Shown here piece by piece: positions 1 through 14,117 of a stretch of DNA of 57,561 bases. The stretch is taken from NCBI RefSeq assembly GCF_001194135.2, contig NC_068995.1, positions 21,879,625 to 21,937,185 of the forward strand, given 5' to 3'. The notes under the pieces are model-generated. The model was not told the DNA's origin and did no database searches. It saw only the letters and a list, made by a program, of their open reading frames with translations. Origin of the DNA: Octopus bimaculoides (Eukaryota). Positions within the stretch are counted from its first letter, which is position 1. Each line of letters starts with the position of its first letter. Both the position numbers and the translations under genes were made by a program.

Positions 1-349
1 ATAGGTGCCCTGGGAATGACAGCGAAACGGGCTGATTACTACCTAGCTCAGATACCAGGAAACCCCAAAATGGCTGAAGTCCAAAAGATAGTGCTCATGG
101 GAACTGCCCATATCCTACGTAAAATACTGTCTATGTGATCTCAAATTTTAAAGCAAACATAATTTTCTTATGGTTTCTTAAACATTCACTTGAACAAAAC
201 TGTACAAATCCAAATATATGGTACCCTAGGCATAACACCTACATGAACTTCTAACTTGTTGTCTCTTGAGGTCTCTGGGTGAGACTTGGATCCAACTTGT
301 ACAAATGCAAAACAAAAGTCAAACATAAAATAATAATAATAATAATAAT
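1..349 (+). mobile_element. 3' end of a Dong/R4-type non-LTR retrotransposon (C-terminus of restriction-like endonuclease ORF, 3' UTR, (AAT)n tail)
   Basis: 1-138 reads IGALGMTAKRADYYLAQIPGNPKMAEVQKIVLMGTAHILRKILSM*, the typical end of RLE-encoding non-LTR ORFs. Near-identical to 29304-29645. Ends in caaacataaaa(taa)n. Confidence 0.85.
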
Positions 350-436
350 TAGGTATCCGCAACTAAGTTTACAGGTAGTAACCCGCTATCAACATAATAC
401 CTACTAGGAATAAGACCCAACCTGAGGAAATCAAAA

Positions 437-1020
437 ATAATGTTCTGATGCTGTACCAGGAACTGTCTCTCATGTTATCTGATCTTCACTGATTAGAAAT
501 ATTATCATATATATGTTTTGTCTTGGTGTAAAAGATGGGTTACAGGAAATATTCTGCTTAATACCACAGATTTGCTTTTCAGTTGCTTGACCTTAACCAG
601 TTGAGCATGTCCCTGAGTGGCTGATGATATGTGCACCTCTGATCACGAGCAGATGTAGGTGCGGAGTATCCTGGCCATGTGTTAAGCGGATTTCTTTGGG
701 GGCTTTAATAATTCACCTATGCAATCGTAGATGTTTCGTTCAACATCCTTAAATATTCAAACAACGTTTATTCAGGGACCTTTTGGGGGAGATGAGATAC
801 CCGACCTGAAGAAATTTCTAACTGGGCCCCACCTACAAGATCACATACCGTTTACCTTGATATGAAATCGCTATGTCCCGTACATACATTTGTGAAGCAC
901 GTGCCTGGTGTACCCTTATCAGACAGCTAGTCATGATGGGTATACGTGTATACTTGGCTTCGTATATTTGTACCCCAGTGTCACATTGATGGCATGCACT
1001 GCTCTCTCACTTAATAATAA
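437..1020. repeat. Dispersed octopus-type interspersed repeat bounded by AAT motifs, family unassigned
   Basis: Higher-complexity block ending ...gcatgcactgctctctcactt(aat)n. I recall it as a recurrent Octopus repeat; no ORF; not verifiable here. Confidence 0.4.
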
Positions 1021-2050
1021 TATTGAACATTGATAAATAATTTAAAATAAAGTTTAATTGGGTTCTCTTTTCTGAACAGTGTCGAGTCTATTTTAGTTAC
1101 AAGCTCATTTGTTATGATGCCTACACAAATGATCTGCAAATATTGCTTAATAGCATAAACGGTGCAAACTAGCCCCATATGTAATATAATGTCCAATCTA
1201 TGAAATATATTTTACTTTTTTTTTTGTGGTTTCAAGACCTCACGAATATTGACCTGCGGAAGTTACAATTTTTTCAGTTACTTCCAAAAGGCAATATTTA
1301 TTTCGGTTAGGTTGCGTTTAGGGAAAATATACCCGATGTGACGAACCCTGTTAAATCCGTATCTCTCTTACACATAGGAATGATACCTTCAATAGATTTG
1401 GCTGTTTATCGCTTCATATATCTTAAAAGGCTCAAGACAGGCTCAGTGTATCATATAATTGAGGAAAAAAACAAGTTAAATAACGATCAATGTTATCGCA
1501 ACACAGTGCGCTACATTGAGATAACATTTTATCTCTCTGTAGTATACGTGAGAGGAATGGATCGAATTTTTGACATCTCTATTATCCATCTAGTTTGAAG
1601 GCTGAAAATGTGTCATTGTGCCATGAATCCTATATACTTCCTGGCTTTGTCGTTTAGTTTCATTGTAAGTACAAACGACATAACATAGGGAGAACGAATT
1701 ATAGATCTTTAAAGAATCCATTTAAATATCATCCTGACACTGCGACAAATGTAGATATTTTCTTCAAGGTTGGAAACAAAGTGGACACAATCGTGTAGGT
1801 GCACGCAAGGGACGTATGTTATCATTCCATTTATATGGGTAGTTTTGTTAAATCTCGGACATGCTGGAGCATGCGCCTTTGCTCTTAATAAACCAGAATC
1901 AGCCTAATTATAAATATCATTCTGCTGCATATTTATGAGATCATCCTTTATTGACCCGCTATGTTAATGGGAAAATGTACGCAACATAAATAACTAAGGA
2001 TTCTGACGTGATTAAACATAAACAAAGACAGACACTGAGATACCCAAGAT

Positions 2051-2225
2051 TACAGTGGTAACGGTGGTGATGTTGGTGGTGGTAGCACGGTTTTGGTGTC
2101 GCCGTTGTTTTTGGTGGTGGTGCTGGTGTTGGTGTTGGTGTTGGTGGTGATGGTGATGTTGCTGATGGTGTTGGTGGTGATGGTGATGTTGCTGCCTGCG
2201 GTGTTGGTGGTGTTAGAATGCCTTT
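2051..2225. repeat. Degenerate (GGT/GTT/GAT)n trinucleotide repeat
   Basis: Visible directly; explains the low-complexity ORFs 2050-2355 and 2093-2371. Confidence 0.9.
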
Positions 2226-2300
2226 GTCTTTCGACGATGAATTTCAGGTTGTTCGGTTTACCAACTTGTATGCTCCTGAATTGTATATATAAATCATACA

Positions 2301-2395
2301 CGCAGGCGAAGGTGTGTTGTTCCGGTTCAGTCCGCCTGCATGGCACCTTAGGCAAGTATTTTCTACTATAACTTCGGGCTGACCACAGACTTGTG
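2301..2395 (+). mobile_element. Truncated tRNA-derived SINE head (type B)
   Basis: ttccggttcagtcc...tggcaccttaggcaagtattttctactataacttcgggctgacc matches the heads at 24727 and 51745; followed by (TG)n/(AG)n. Confidence 0.65.
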
Positions 2396-3174
2396 TGTGT
2401 GTGTGTATTTATGTGTGTGTATGTCTAAAGAGAGAGAGAGAGAGAGAGTATGAATGGGTGAGTGGTATTGATAGAGAGATAAGCAAACAGAAATTTGGAT
2501 GTATGATATTAAATGAATTATTGTTGTAAATAAAATGTAGCGTGTTCAATACACATCTCGAGTGAAAAATATATTATAAGATAGTTCGTTAGGGAGACAA
2601 CGACCTTACATAGTTACATTTCCTAATATCATGACCTTCGGCCTCAAAAAGAGAGATTCAACGAATGATAAATTGTCTCATCTTCACAAGACTATGTATA
2701 CGCACATTTTACCTATTTCTGTTTAGTGCTGTACCTGCTATAATATAACTCACTTACAATAAGAAAAGTGTAGACACAGAGTAAAATATTTCGATGACAC
2801 ATTTGTCCTTCTTTATAGACTATAAATTTCACATCATAACGACACGTGTTGTTACATCACAACAGTTAGGGAGTTGCGGTTAATCCATTGATACCGTAAT
2901 CGACATATCTATTGATTGATTAAACTGGAGTTCTAAAGCGTCGCATTTAAGATATAGGCATTAAGTGTCTATTTGAATATCTACATGGATAATGATATAA
3001 TTATCGGCAGATAATCAGAAAATAAATCACTATATTTATATAGCTTTCATAAACGATCAAAGGATTGTAAATATATACCAAAAAAACCGGATTGAAATTT
3101 AACGTGGTTGCCATACCTACTTTCCTTTTATCAAATATGAAATATTCGCTCATAATCATATAGCGATAAAAAAA

Positions 3175-3322
3175 GCACAAACATATACATATATGCACAC
3201 ATAAACACATACGCACACAGACATGAACACATAATAAGTATTGTGTATATACGTGCATGTGTGTGTATGTGCATCTGTGTGTATGTGCGTCTGTGTGTGT
3301 GTGCGTGCCTGCGTCTGTGTGA

Positions 3323-3377
<55 letters not shown>

Positions 3378-3395
3378 CTACACGACACACACATA
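3175..3395. repeat. Compound (CA)n/(TG)n microsatellite
   Basis: Visible directly. Confidence 0.9.
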
Positions 3396-3489
3396 AATGT
3401 TTGGAGTTGTGTTGAACTATAATTTCTGTACCTATAAATGTAATTAGGAAGAATTCCACCTCGGACTATATAAATATATATTTCTACAC

Positions 3490-3592
3490 TCTCTTTACTC
3501 TTTTACTCCTTTACCTGTTTCAGTCATTTGACTGTGGTCATGCTGGAGCACCGCCTTTAGTCGAGCAAATCGACCCCATGACTTATTCTTTC
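3490..3592 (-). mobile_element. 3' tail of type B SINE
   Basis: Reverse complement aaagaataagtcatggggtcgatttgctcgactaaaggcggtgctccagcatgaccacagtc matches 51964-52050. Confidence 0.8.
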
Positions 3593-3594
3593 AG

Positions 3595-5377
3595 AAAGTA
3601 AATTGGAAGCTGATTGAGAAAAAGATCCTCAGGCAGGATTGGCCTAAATGTCTCTTCACACCAGACATTGACATGAAACACAAACATTTCATGTCCATAA
3701 TACAAGCCATAGAGGCAAATCTGTCCCATTATGCAACATACGGAAAAACAGGATCCCCAGCGAAATGAAGATTCTTATGAGACGACGGACAAAGATTGCG
3801 AACCGCCTGAGCAAGCATCCCAAATGTGGTGAGAAGTCTCGATGGAGAGAGTGCTATTGGAAATTGAGAACCGTCTGCATCAGTCTCATGAAAAGGAGAG
3901 ACCAAATAAAGAAGCTTGGGTTATAGAAAATATCATGTCAAACCCTAGAGCTTTCTTTATCTTTGCCAAAGAAACAGCCTCAATACGCCACAAGATAGGA
4001 CCCTTCTTTCAAAAAGATGGCTCCCTCACAGGAAACACCATGAGGATAAGTGAAATACTGAACGAACAGTTCCAAAATGTGTTCACTACACCTCTGGGAC
4101 ACAAGCAAGTGAATAAACTAGCAGGATTCTTTACCACATTACATAGAATCAAAGAGGTTTAAAAGAATTGAGTACATAAACATTGAAGATATAATACTGG
4201 CCATAGATGAGGTTGACACAACTCAGCAGCTGGCTCGGATGGGTTTCCAGCGGTCCTACTCAAATCATTCAAGCGAGCTCTTACAAAACCACCGTACCTT
4301 AATTCCAGAGCTTCCTTGCAAGTGGTAAGCTCCCGGACAAACTTAAGGAAAGGATAATAATGCCCCATCCATAAGCAAGGAAGCAGAGCAGATACTAAAG
4401 ATTATAAGCCTATCTCTCTGGCCTCACACATCAGTAAAGTCATGGAACGAATAGTCCACATGAAACTAATCACGTTCCTAGAAAAAAAAATGACTTGCCG
4501 ACTGACACCCAACATGGATTTCGTCCAGGTAGAAGTTGATACAGCTCCTGCAACACTACAACTGGGATTTAAAACAGCTGCTGAATGACGCAAGCGGGGC
4601 TGTGATATATCTCGACTTTGCAAAAGCCTTTGACAAAGATGATCATGGTATGATGATACAAACTGCCGATCTCGGCATATGCGGAAAACCTGGAGAATAG
4701 CTGCACAACTTTCTAAAGGTTAGACCTCAGGCAGTGGTAAGCCAATGGAACCACCTCCAAGGAAACACAAATAGCAAATGGCGTTCCACGGGGCACTGTC
4801 TTGGGGCCACTGCTGTTCATAGTGGCCCTCTCAGACGTGCCTTCGGCTGTTCAGATAGCCACCCTTGCTGGCTATGCAGCTGACACAAAGCTCTCTCAGA
4901 CAATACAAAATCCTGGAAATATTGCACATCTGCAACGGGAGTTGGATGCAATATACAGGTGGCTGAGGACAAGAACATGCATTTTAATACAGGAAATATT
5001 CCAAGCCCTACGCTACCAGCTAAATGACATGCATACAGGATAGACTGGCGCAGGAGGAATTGAAATCCCTGAATCAAAATCACTGCATGACATGGGCATT
5101 GACAAGAGCATTGATGCATCTTTACAAGTGCAAATTACCAATTTGGTAATAAAATGCAGACGGCTGGCTGGCTGGCTGAATCCTCCGAACTTTCAAAACA
5201 AGAGAAGAGGAGACATTGATGATCCTTTGGAGGACGCCACTTAGACTATTGCTCCCCACTATGGTCACCACACAATAAAAAATCCACGACGCAATTCAAC
5301 GAAGCAATTCAACGAAGCAATTCAACGAAGCTACACTAAGAAGATCGTCTCGATGCAACATATCAGATATTGGGAAG
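3595..5377 (+). mobile_element. Decayed, 5'-truncated CR1-group LINE (ORF2 linker plus reverse transcriptase), running into a gap
   Basis: Frameshifted motifs in order: NPRAFFIFAK, AAGSDGFPAVLLK, PIHKQGSRADTKDYKPISLASHISKVMERIV, QHGFRPGRS, KAFDK, VPRGTVLGPLLFIVALSDVP, YAADTKL (degenerate YADD). Many stops and frameshifts. Confidence 0.9.
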
Positions 5378-5943
5378 NNNNNNNNNNNNNNNNNNNNNNN
5401 NNNNNNNNNNNNNNNNNNNNNNNNNNNNNNNNNNNNNNNNNNNNNNNNNNNNNNNNNNNNNNNNNNNNNNNNNNNNNNNNNNNNNNNNNNNNNNNNNNNN
5501 NNNNNNNNNNNNNNNNNNNNNNNNNNNNNNNNNNNNNNNNNNNNNNNNNNNNNNNNNNNNNNNNNNNNNNNNNNNNNNNNNNNNNNNNNNNNNNNNNNNN
5601 NNNNNNNNNNNNNNNNNNNNNNNNNNNNNNNNNNNNNNNNNNNNNNNNNNNNNNNNNNNNNNNNNNNNNNNNNNNNNNNNNNNNNNNNNNNNNNNNNNNN
5701 NNNNNNNNNNNNNNNNNNNNNNNNNNNNNNNNNNNNNNNNNNNNNNNNNNNNNNNNNNNNNNNNNNNNNNNNNNNNNNNNNNNNNNNNNNNNNNNNNNNN
5801 NNNNNNNNNNNNNNNNNNNNNNNNNNNNNNNNNNNNNNNNNNNNNNNNNNNNNNNNNNNNNNNNNNNNNNNNNNNNNNNNNNNNNNNNNNNNNNNNNNNN
5901 NNNNNNNNNNNNNNNNNNNNNNNNNNNNNNNNNNNNNNNNNNN

Positions 5944-5982
<39 letters not shown>

Positions 5983-7401
5983 ACATGTATACACGAAAGA
6001 ACCACACATTCACGTACACGCGCGTACTCAGATATTTTGCTATACGATATGTGTGTGTCTGTCTGAGAGAGAGAGAAAGAGACAGACAGACAGACAAACT
6101 GACAGACACACAGAGAGTGAGAGGGAGAGGGAGAATGATCGAGTGTGTGCGTATGTTTTTACAGTCGCATACAGATTTTATAGGCATATTCTGCTGTTTA
6201 GTCCGTAGTGTGTCTCCCTACCTAATTTGCGTTTTCATACATTCGTGTGTGTTTGTACTGTGTGCACGCCTGTGTATGCGGATATATGTGAGGCTAATTA
6301 TGTGTACGCATATTTTGTTAGTTGTAACTTTAATGGGTGTGTGTAAAAGCCCTGTGCGTTTGTGTATTTTTGGTATGTGTGTTTGTGTGTAGGCATGTGC
6401 GTGTATGTTTGCGTGTATGTGTGCGTGCATTTGTGTGCATGCGTGGGATGTTTGTGAGCGCACGTTGGTAAGTCAACTGCGAAGTAATTAGACAATGTTA
6501 GTATGTCATATATTATCTACTTAACATAAAATGACGCACACAATTCGTGCGCTGGACTCTCATTACAAGATATATATTTTTTTCTCTTTCCTACACCAAT
6601 TTATTAGGCTGCAGGCGTAGTGTTTGGAGTCTAGCCATTTAGTGCGAGCGAAAGCCATTCTTAATTTTACGCCTAATGAAGTTCCTGCAGTTTTGCCCTT
6701 TGGCGAAGCATTTTATGTAAAGTCGGTTTCCTTCTAGCCTATTGTCCATCGTTACAATAATCGGTAATGCCTTTGGCTTTAGCAAACTATTTTAAAATGC
6801 GGGTCATTTATTCTATTCATCGTATTTTTTTTCTGTATTCGTCTTTTCGTTACATCATATGGCTCAACAAAAATAAACGTTGTCATGTTTATCACGTTAC
6901 TGCACCAGTTTGAGATATATTTGAACAATTTACATTTTCCTTAATGATTTGGCAAATTAAAACAAATATAATAATAATAATGGAATATGCTATAAAGACG
7001 CTCATATGTTGTATTTCACTATAAATGACATTCTAAAAGACATGAGATAAAAAAATACATATTCTGTTGACAATTAAAATGAATAGGAAACTCCGTAGAG
7101 TGAAGTGTGAACTCCGAACGATACGTTGCAAACATTTCTATTGAGTCGTTCGTGTACACACGGACTCAGTTTGACAACGTCTTCACATAAACTGTTGATG
7201 TGAGCGTGTTGCCAAGCACGCAAATTTCACCTGGAGAGACGACATCGAGGTTCAATTGGAGACGCATGAATACTAAGTATAGGTTACAACGAGTTTAGTT
7301 TAACTAAGCCATTGAATAATCAGTTTTCACTTATGTATATTTCGTGATAGCGTAGCTTCCATATTAAGTACATCCCTAGCTCCCATCATTTATCTCTATA
7401 A

Positions 7402-7600
7402 ATGTGTGTGTGTGTGTGTTTATGTGTGTGTGTGTGCGCACGTTCGTGTGTGTATGTGTGTGTGTGCTGGTATGTGTGTGTGTGCTGGTATGTGTGTGTG
7501 TGCACATTTAAATACATATATATACATATATTTGTCTGTGTGCATCTGTGTGTTCATGTGCATGCATGTATACACACACACACACACACAGACACACACA
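7402..7600. repeat. Compound (TG)n/(CA)n microsatellite
   Basis: Visible directly. Confidence 0.9.
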
Positions 7601-9415
7601 GATATACTTTACATATATGAGTGCATACAATCAGCTTACATCTGTGTTGGTGTGAATATGATGGTATATGCAATGTATGGGACTCCGCAGATATGAGGCG
7701 TAACATTTCAGTAGAGCAGTTTAGTTGAAGTGTTAATGATTCGTGGTTGAAGGAGACATTAATCTCTGGTAAATTCCGGTTGTAATTGTGATCTGATTTC
7801 TGTATTAACACTTTCATTTTACTTGTATCGCTAATGCATAGGAGACTTAGGTAAAAATTATAGTTCCAATATCCTCATCCAGTGAAGAAATTTGATGAAG
7901 ATGGTACATAATTAAATTGTCTAATAATATTAATAATAGTAGTATTAGAGACATATGAGAAAAATACAAACGCGTCTAAGTTTCACAGAAAAGTAATAAA
8001 GTGAGGTTTACATTACATTGTCAATTTTTAGTGGAGAAAGTTTTTAGAGGTATAGCCAGAAAACGGAGAAAACTTTATTCTTTTAAGACCTCTATTGTTC
8101 AGAAGAAAGGTGAGATGTTATATATTGACCGCAGATCTGGATTGAGTATATGTAACAGAATGAAAGGGACTATTACCAACAGATAACATGGCGATGAAGC
8201 AGCATAGTAGTTTATGAATGAGAAATGGAAACTTCCTATAGGTCCGGAGTCTACAAAGTCTCTGACTACCAAATGCATTTCCTTACGAAGTGATTTTCAA
8301 TATCATACGTCTGTCCCAAAAGCAAGTAATACAAAAGAACATTTGAACTCATTTGTTCGCCTTTTGTACCACTCTGCAACTTTACTCTACAGATAAACGT
8401 GTGGCCGTATTTTTATCACGAAATAACATCAATTAAAACATACGAATTTCTGAAGAAGATTCAACTAGTGCACAAAATATGCTAATGCTTTTTATACTAT
8501 TTGTTCGTTTGTTATGTTATTTCATTTCCAAATATATTGTTTATTTATTATGTAATTAGGTGGCAATGTCTAAGTTAAAACTACGTAAAATATTTTCATA
8601 TATAAATAATACACTAAAATATTGTGTAATTTGAAATGTATCGCCAATAAATTTCTTAGGGTTTTACGTACATTTTCATGACCCACTGATAATCGTTTGT
8701 AATTTCTAGTTCATGTTTATTAGTTACTTTCTACTTCTAGTACCACCTTATTCTTTAGATTAATTATACGTCTGACATATTACATATTTCTCATTAAAAT
8801 GGTATATACAGGAGAGTAAATATTATTTTTTTTCCAACGAGAGTATATGAATCAATAAAATAATTTGGTTTGGCGTTTTCAGGAAATCTATTTCATAATA
8901 ATAAACTGATAATTCTCAAAGTAGGGAAATATGGACAATCTCCGTCTACATCAGATTTATCTGGTCTAAATTTATAGTGTATAAGTATCCATATCTCACT
9001 AATTTTGAAACATCATTAACATTGAGCATTTTGAAAGGTCTGTTCAATATGTGGATATNNNNNNNNNNNNNNNNNNNNNNNNNNNNNNNNNNNNNNNNNN
9101 NNNNNNNNNNNNNNNNNNNNNNNNNNNNNNNNNNNNNNNNNNNNNNNNNNNNNNNNNNNNNNNNNNNNNNNNNNNNNNNNNNNNNNNNNNNNNNNNNNNN
9201 NNNNNNNNNNNNNNNNNNNNNNNNNNNNNNNNNNNNNNNNNNNNNNNNNNNNNNNNNNNNNNNNNNNNNNNNNNNNNNNNNNNNNNNNNNNNNNNNNCTC
9301 TATCTGTCATTCTGTGTACGCACACGCACATATACACAGGTACGTGTACATATGTATGTATAGATAGATAGCTAGATAGCTAGATAGATATGTATATATA
9401 TATACATATATATAC

Positions 9416-9485
9416 TTCATTTAAAATACAGAGATGTCTATAATAGGACATCTAACCCGCTAGGCATCTCTGTATTTTAAATGAA
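9416..9485. repeat. 70-bp near-perfect inverted repeat (25-bp arms, 20-nt spacer)
   Basis: ttcatttaaaatacagagatgtcta (9416-9440) vs taggcatctctgtattttaaatgaa (9461-9485): 24/25 complementary. Confidence 0.9.
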
Positions 9486-9573
9486 TAATATATAGTCTAT
9501 TGACTATTTTTTTCTTCTCGCTAGACCATTTGCAGTAAATAAAATTTCAAAAGTTTTTTTTTGCTGCCCTATG

Positions 9574-9611
<38 letters not shown>

Positions 9612-11235
9612 ATGCATGTATATATGCCCTGCATTTTAAACTCTGCATTTTCAATAACTTTGATACTTTATTCATGTGTCACTATTTTAAATCTATCGAT
9701 TAGCATTTGATAAATTTCTTAAATTTTGGTTTCAGTAAGCTTTTCCCAAGTAGTGACAAAGATATTTTTACATTTCTGCTAACATGGATGTTAAGGCTCA
9801 CCAGAAAACTATTATGAATATTATTACAATATCATACAATTATTTATTCATATATTAATGAAGATACACATTATAGTAAGGTAAAATATTGTCTTCTCAA
9901 TTCAATGAGATATAAACATGCAATTGGGTGTTTTTTAATCAATGCACATAATTGCAGTGTAACTAATTTGCACCAGGTGTTTGTAAATGTCACCATTTAT
10001 ACTATAAATTGTCACGACGAATATAATTTTCACTTACTCATTGATGATACATTTAGCAGTTCTTTTGGTGCATTCGTCAATCAAGTCGAGCTACTGTTTA
10101 GAGTTTATGAATAATAGACAAATTGTACTTTCTAGGCTTTTTGATAAAATATGTAAAACGGATAGGAAGATCATCTTTTTGCATGTAAACGTAAATCTAT
10201 TTGCCGTTTGTTTGAAAAGAAGAGATGTGTGAATATTCCACAAGCCCCATAATCACTATTACCAACAAACTGGCGAAACTGATACATAAGACGTGATGTT
10301 CATTTCGAGTAACTGCAATTTTATTACAGTGTTACTGTGGCAAAATTATATATGTTGGATTTTTCAGAGAGGAATGGCTCGGAAATTAGTTAATTGAGGA
10401 GCTTAGGAAGAGTACACGACATGAGTGATAGAATGAACAGACAAGAATGTATCGGTAATGCTTAAATGATAAGGCAGTCCATATTGCTTGATTGAACGGG
10501 AACAAACATATAACCTTAGAGTGTCCGCTTCACACCCCTGAATGTAACTAACCAAAACATTTCACTACTAACCTCTCAGAAGGTATGGTCTGCAGAGCAA
10601 CACTATCTCATTTGATGATATGAGAAGAAGAATACAAGATATTTATTTTCAGAGAATACTAACACGAAACATTCACTTATTCAGGAATAGGAGTAAGAAA
10701 TATATCCATCTCACCGTTGCACCGCATCTAGAAAGTCCATGACCAAAGAAACATCTTCGCCAATATTACACCTCTTGCCCATGAGAAAGAACATCCATAA
10801 TGATATAAAGTTAGTAATTGCAAATACATCCTTCTTGAGAAATTGCAAATACTGCAAAAACCTCCAGTATCCGTCAAATGGGAAATTGAAATATCCAGTT
10901 ATTAATACTAAAAATACGCTCGATTTATGAACTTCAAAATATTGATTAGTCGCTGATAATTCGGGAAATTCCCAGTAGTACTAGTAGGCCATCGTGTAAT
11001 TTCAGTGTATATAATCATAATAACATAATTTGCCTTTCCGTGCACTCTCATATCGCATCGATTTTTATTACACAGAATATTAAGTAAAATAATTGCCTGA
11101 AAAACATCTGTCAGGATACATACCTTGCTATTAACAGATTTGGAAAGCCTTCAGATACCACGCACACTGCCTCTTCCTCCACTATCAGTCATTAAATTTA
11201 TATGCATGTGTATGGATGGGTGACTCGCTGACAAT

Positions 11236-11340
11236 GGCCTCTGCTGTGCCCCATGGTCCGTTTTAGGTTCCCAAAGTTTTGTGTTTGTACATCAAAGCTT
11301 TACTTCTCGCTCAGCTTGCACGTTGCTCATGCTACGTTCA
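11236..11340 (+). mobile_element. Possible short, very decayed CR1-type RT fragment
   Basis: With one frameshift reads ASAVPHG-SVLG...LYI, resembling SGVPQGSVLGPLLF.LYIN; nothing else alignable. Confidence 0.3.
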
Positions 11341-11769
11341 CACGCATTTTGAAGGCTGGTAAATCGACTGATTGGAATTAAATCAACAATTGACACATAG
11401 CAGCCTTCACCAATAGCCCTGCTGTCTCTAGTCTCTGTCTTTTCGATTGGTACCATTATAGCTTGTTTCCTCGAGCTAGCTGATATTCTAGCTCTTTCAC
11501 AAAGGAGTAGTTCAGACCGATTCCTGTCTCTAACTATAATCAATTTTTTTTCTTGTATACACCCTTTGCACTTCACCATCCCTTATACCCATCCTACCTC
11601 CCCTGAACATAGGATCTCTGGAATCTATGGCCTCATCACATTTCCTGCAGTTGTTGGCATGCAATAATTTAAATGGAAAATTAAATCCATCATACTTACT
11701 GATCTGGAAGAACATGCGAATGCCATGCACACAAAAGCTTCTGTCAAAAACTACAACTACATCCACGTC

Positions 11770-12170
11770 TACATGTGTATGTATGTACTTATGTATGTAT
11801 GTATGTATTTATGTATGTATGTATTTATGTATGTATGTATATATGTATGTATGTATTTATGTATGTATGTATATATGTATGTATGTATGTATATATGTAT
11901 GTACGTATGTACGTATGTATGTACGTATGTATGTACGTAAGTATGTATGCATGTATGCATGCGTGTATGTATGTATGTGTGTGCATGTATGCATATAAGG
12001 AGAAAGAAAAGAGAGAGATAATGTATGTGCATGTATATATATGTACATGCTTATTCACACGCACTCGCAAACATGCGCGCGAACACACACACATATATAT
12101 GTATGTGTGTGTGTCTATGTGTGTGTGTCTGTGTCTGTGTGTGTGTATATGTCTGTGTGTATATCTATGC
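11770..12170. repeat. (TATG)n tetranucleotide array with (TG)n/(CA)n extensions
   Basis: Visible directly; source of the MYVC-repeat ORFs. Confidence 0.95.
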
Positions 12171-14085
12171 ATCATGTTTTTAGTACGTTCTTCATTCAAA
12201 ACGTCCAAACATTTTCTCTCGAAATTACAAAACAGAAGTAGACGTCCATATCATAGTAATTTATTGACGTCTTTTGAGCATATGAAATTGGAAGATATAA
12301 AATATTTAATGGAAAATTCCTACTGAGTACTGTATCTAATGGTAATTAGTTTAGATGCGAGCATTGACTAAACCTTTACTACGAAGGAATAGTACATTCT
12401 TACTTTTATAGTATTAAATTAATTGCGAAATTAACGCAGTATGCACATAACTATGAACCTATTTAATCCCAAGACTAAGCTGACGGAACAGAAATTTATT
12501 GAAATCATTTCACCGAAAACCATCCCATCTTCTGAGACCCTGTATATTTCACAACATATTAGATTTGCCTGCTATGTGTAGAAAGTCAAACGATACGCAC
12601 TAGCTTATTCCTAAATCTGCAACACCACTACATAGATATCTAAATAAAAGAATACTCAATAGTCGGTGTTATAGTATTGTGAAGATGGCTTCCTTAAGTA
12701 TCACAAGTACAGTTAAGTTTAACACTAACGCGCGTATTTGCAAAATAACATACCAATGGAAAAAAAAATAGATAATCAATTCCGCTTTATTGATGATAAC
12801 AATATCTTGAAAGCTATTATTTAAAATATCGTTTGCTCTTATAACAAGGAAAAACTGAAATTCAAATTCATCGAGGCATATACTTTCCATCTTTGAAATT
12901 AATAAGAGTGTGAGCCATGGAGGATGTTGGTATTTAAATTTCGGCCAATCAATGAATTAACATTATAGTATAATGAGAAAATTACCTTTTATAGATTAGC
13001 TTTAAAATGTAATACAAAATCTTGACTTTTAAAAAGCAAATTTTGCATGCTTAGATCTTAATTGAAATATAATTTCTGAATAATTTAATCCAAAGAATGC
13101 ATTGTTGAAACCTTATTAAGCATGCAATATTAGAATAAATATTTAAATAGTATATTCACTTTCCATATACCCATTGTTAAATCTTTAAGAATATAACGTT
13201 CACAATTTATGCAGGGGATTTCTCTTAACCAGTACTTATAAATACAATTCATAGAAATGGATCAGCTAGATTTAATCTGAGCGGAAAATATGTGTCGTGA
13301 TAAAATGGATGTGATGAGTTTGTAAACGTTCGAGTACGATATAGTTGTAAAAGTTGTGCATTAGTAGTAAAACTGAGGGAAAGGATGCCATTAAGAAAAT
13401 ATTATTGAAACATATGTGGACATTTAATCTAGCTGTACATTTTATGTTTATTCTGCTTATAGTATCCATGTATAGAAATGCAGCAACATTTAAGTGTTTA
13501 CAGGAGATTTGATGTGATATTGAACAAAATTATTTAAAGTATTATAACATATCTCTATCAATGCATTTACGTCACACTTTGTAGCTGCCATACTTCTTAG
13601 TATTTCAAAACCTCAAAAACCATAATTTTATCATTAATGTGCAAAGAAAACCATGAAGGATGTCAGTGCACTCAGTTAAAAGATTAACATTTGGGGTATA
13701 TTGGTTGAGTGAAGAATTTTAGCGGTCTCTTTTCAGCATGTCACTATTTCAAATAATCCTCATGCGTAAGGACGCTTCTCACATTCTTGAAATGTTTCAA
13801 GTTTTGTGAATAAGAAAACAATTCAAGTAATGCTGACTGCAGAAAAAATGAATGAAATAACTTTCGTACTGCAAGTTCCTGGTTTCTGTATAGAATCACA
13901 CAATGAAAAATATGGTTCTGGGTACGCTATATTCACAACTAAGAGAGGCATGCTGCTATTGAAAACCTTATGATCATAAGCGAGCTCTCCAGATTTTATG
14001 ATAAAGGAGCAAACATTCTGAAAAAGAATTCCATTATAAAATAAAATACTCTCCTTTACAACAACACAGATATATTAAACTCTCT

Positions 14086-14117
<32 letters not shown>

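Noticed and set aside
5291-5330. 13-bp unit gcaattcaacgaa repeated three times
   Set aside because: Small slippage duplication inside the decayed CR1 LINE; no spacers, not an array system.
5296-6392. Long ORFs spanning N-runs (also at 9.0, 14.1, 28.4, 37.2, 41.2, 50.9, 54.7 and 56.2 kb)
   Set aside because: Artefacts of gaps and flanking microsatellites; only the Dong-derived parts at 28403-29441 are real coding remnants.
8001-8396. Two in-frame ORFs of about 60 aa separated by three stops
   Set aside because: No homology recognised; first start is GTG.
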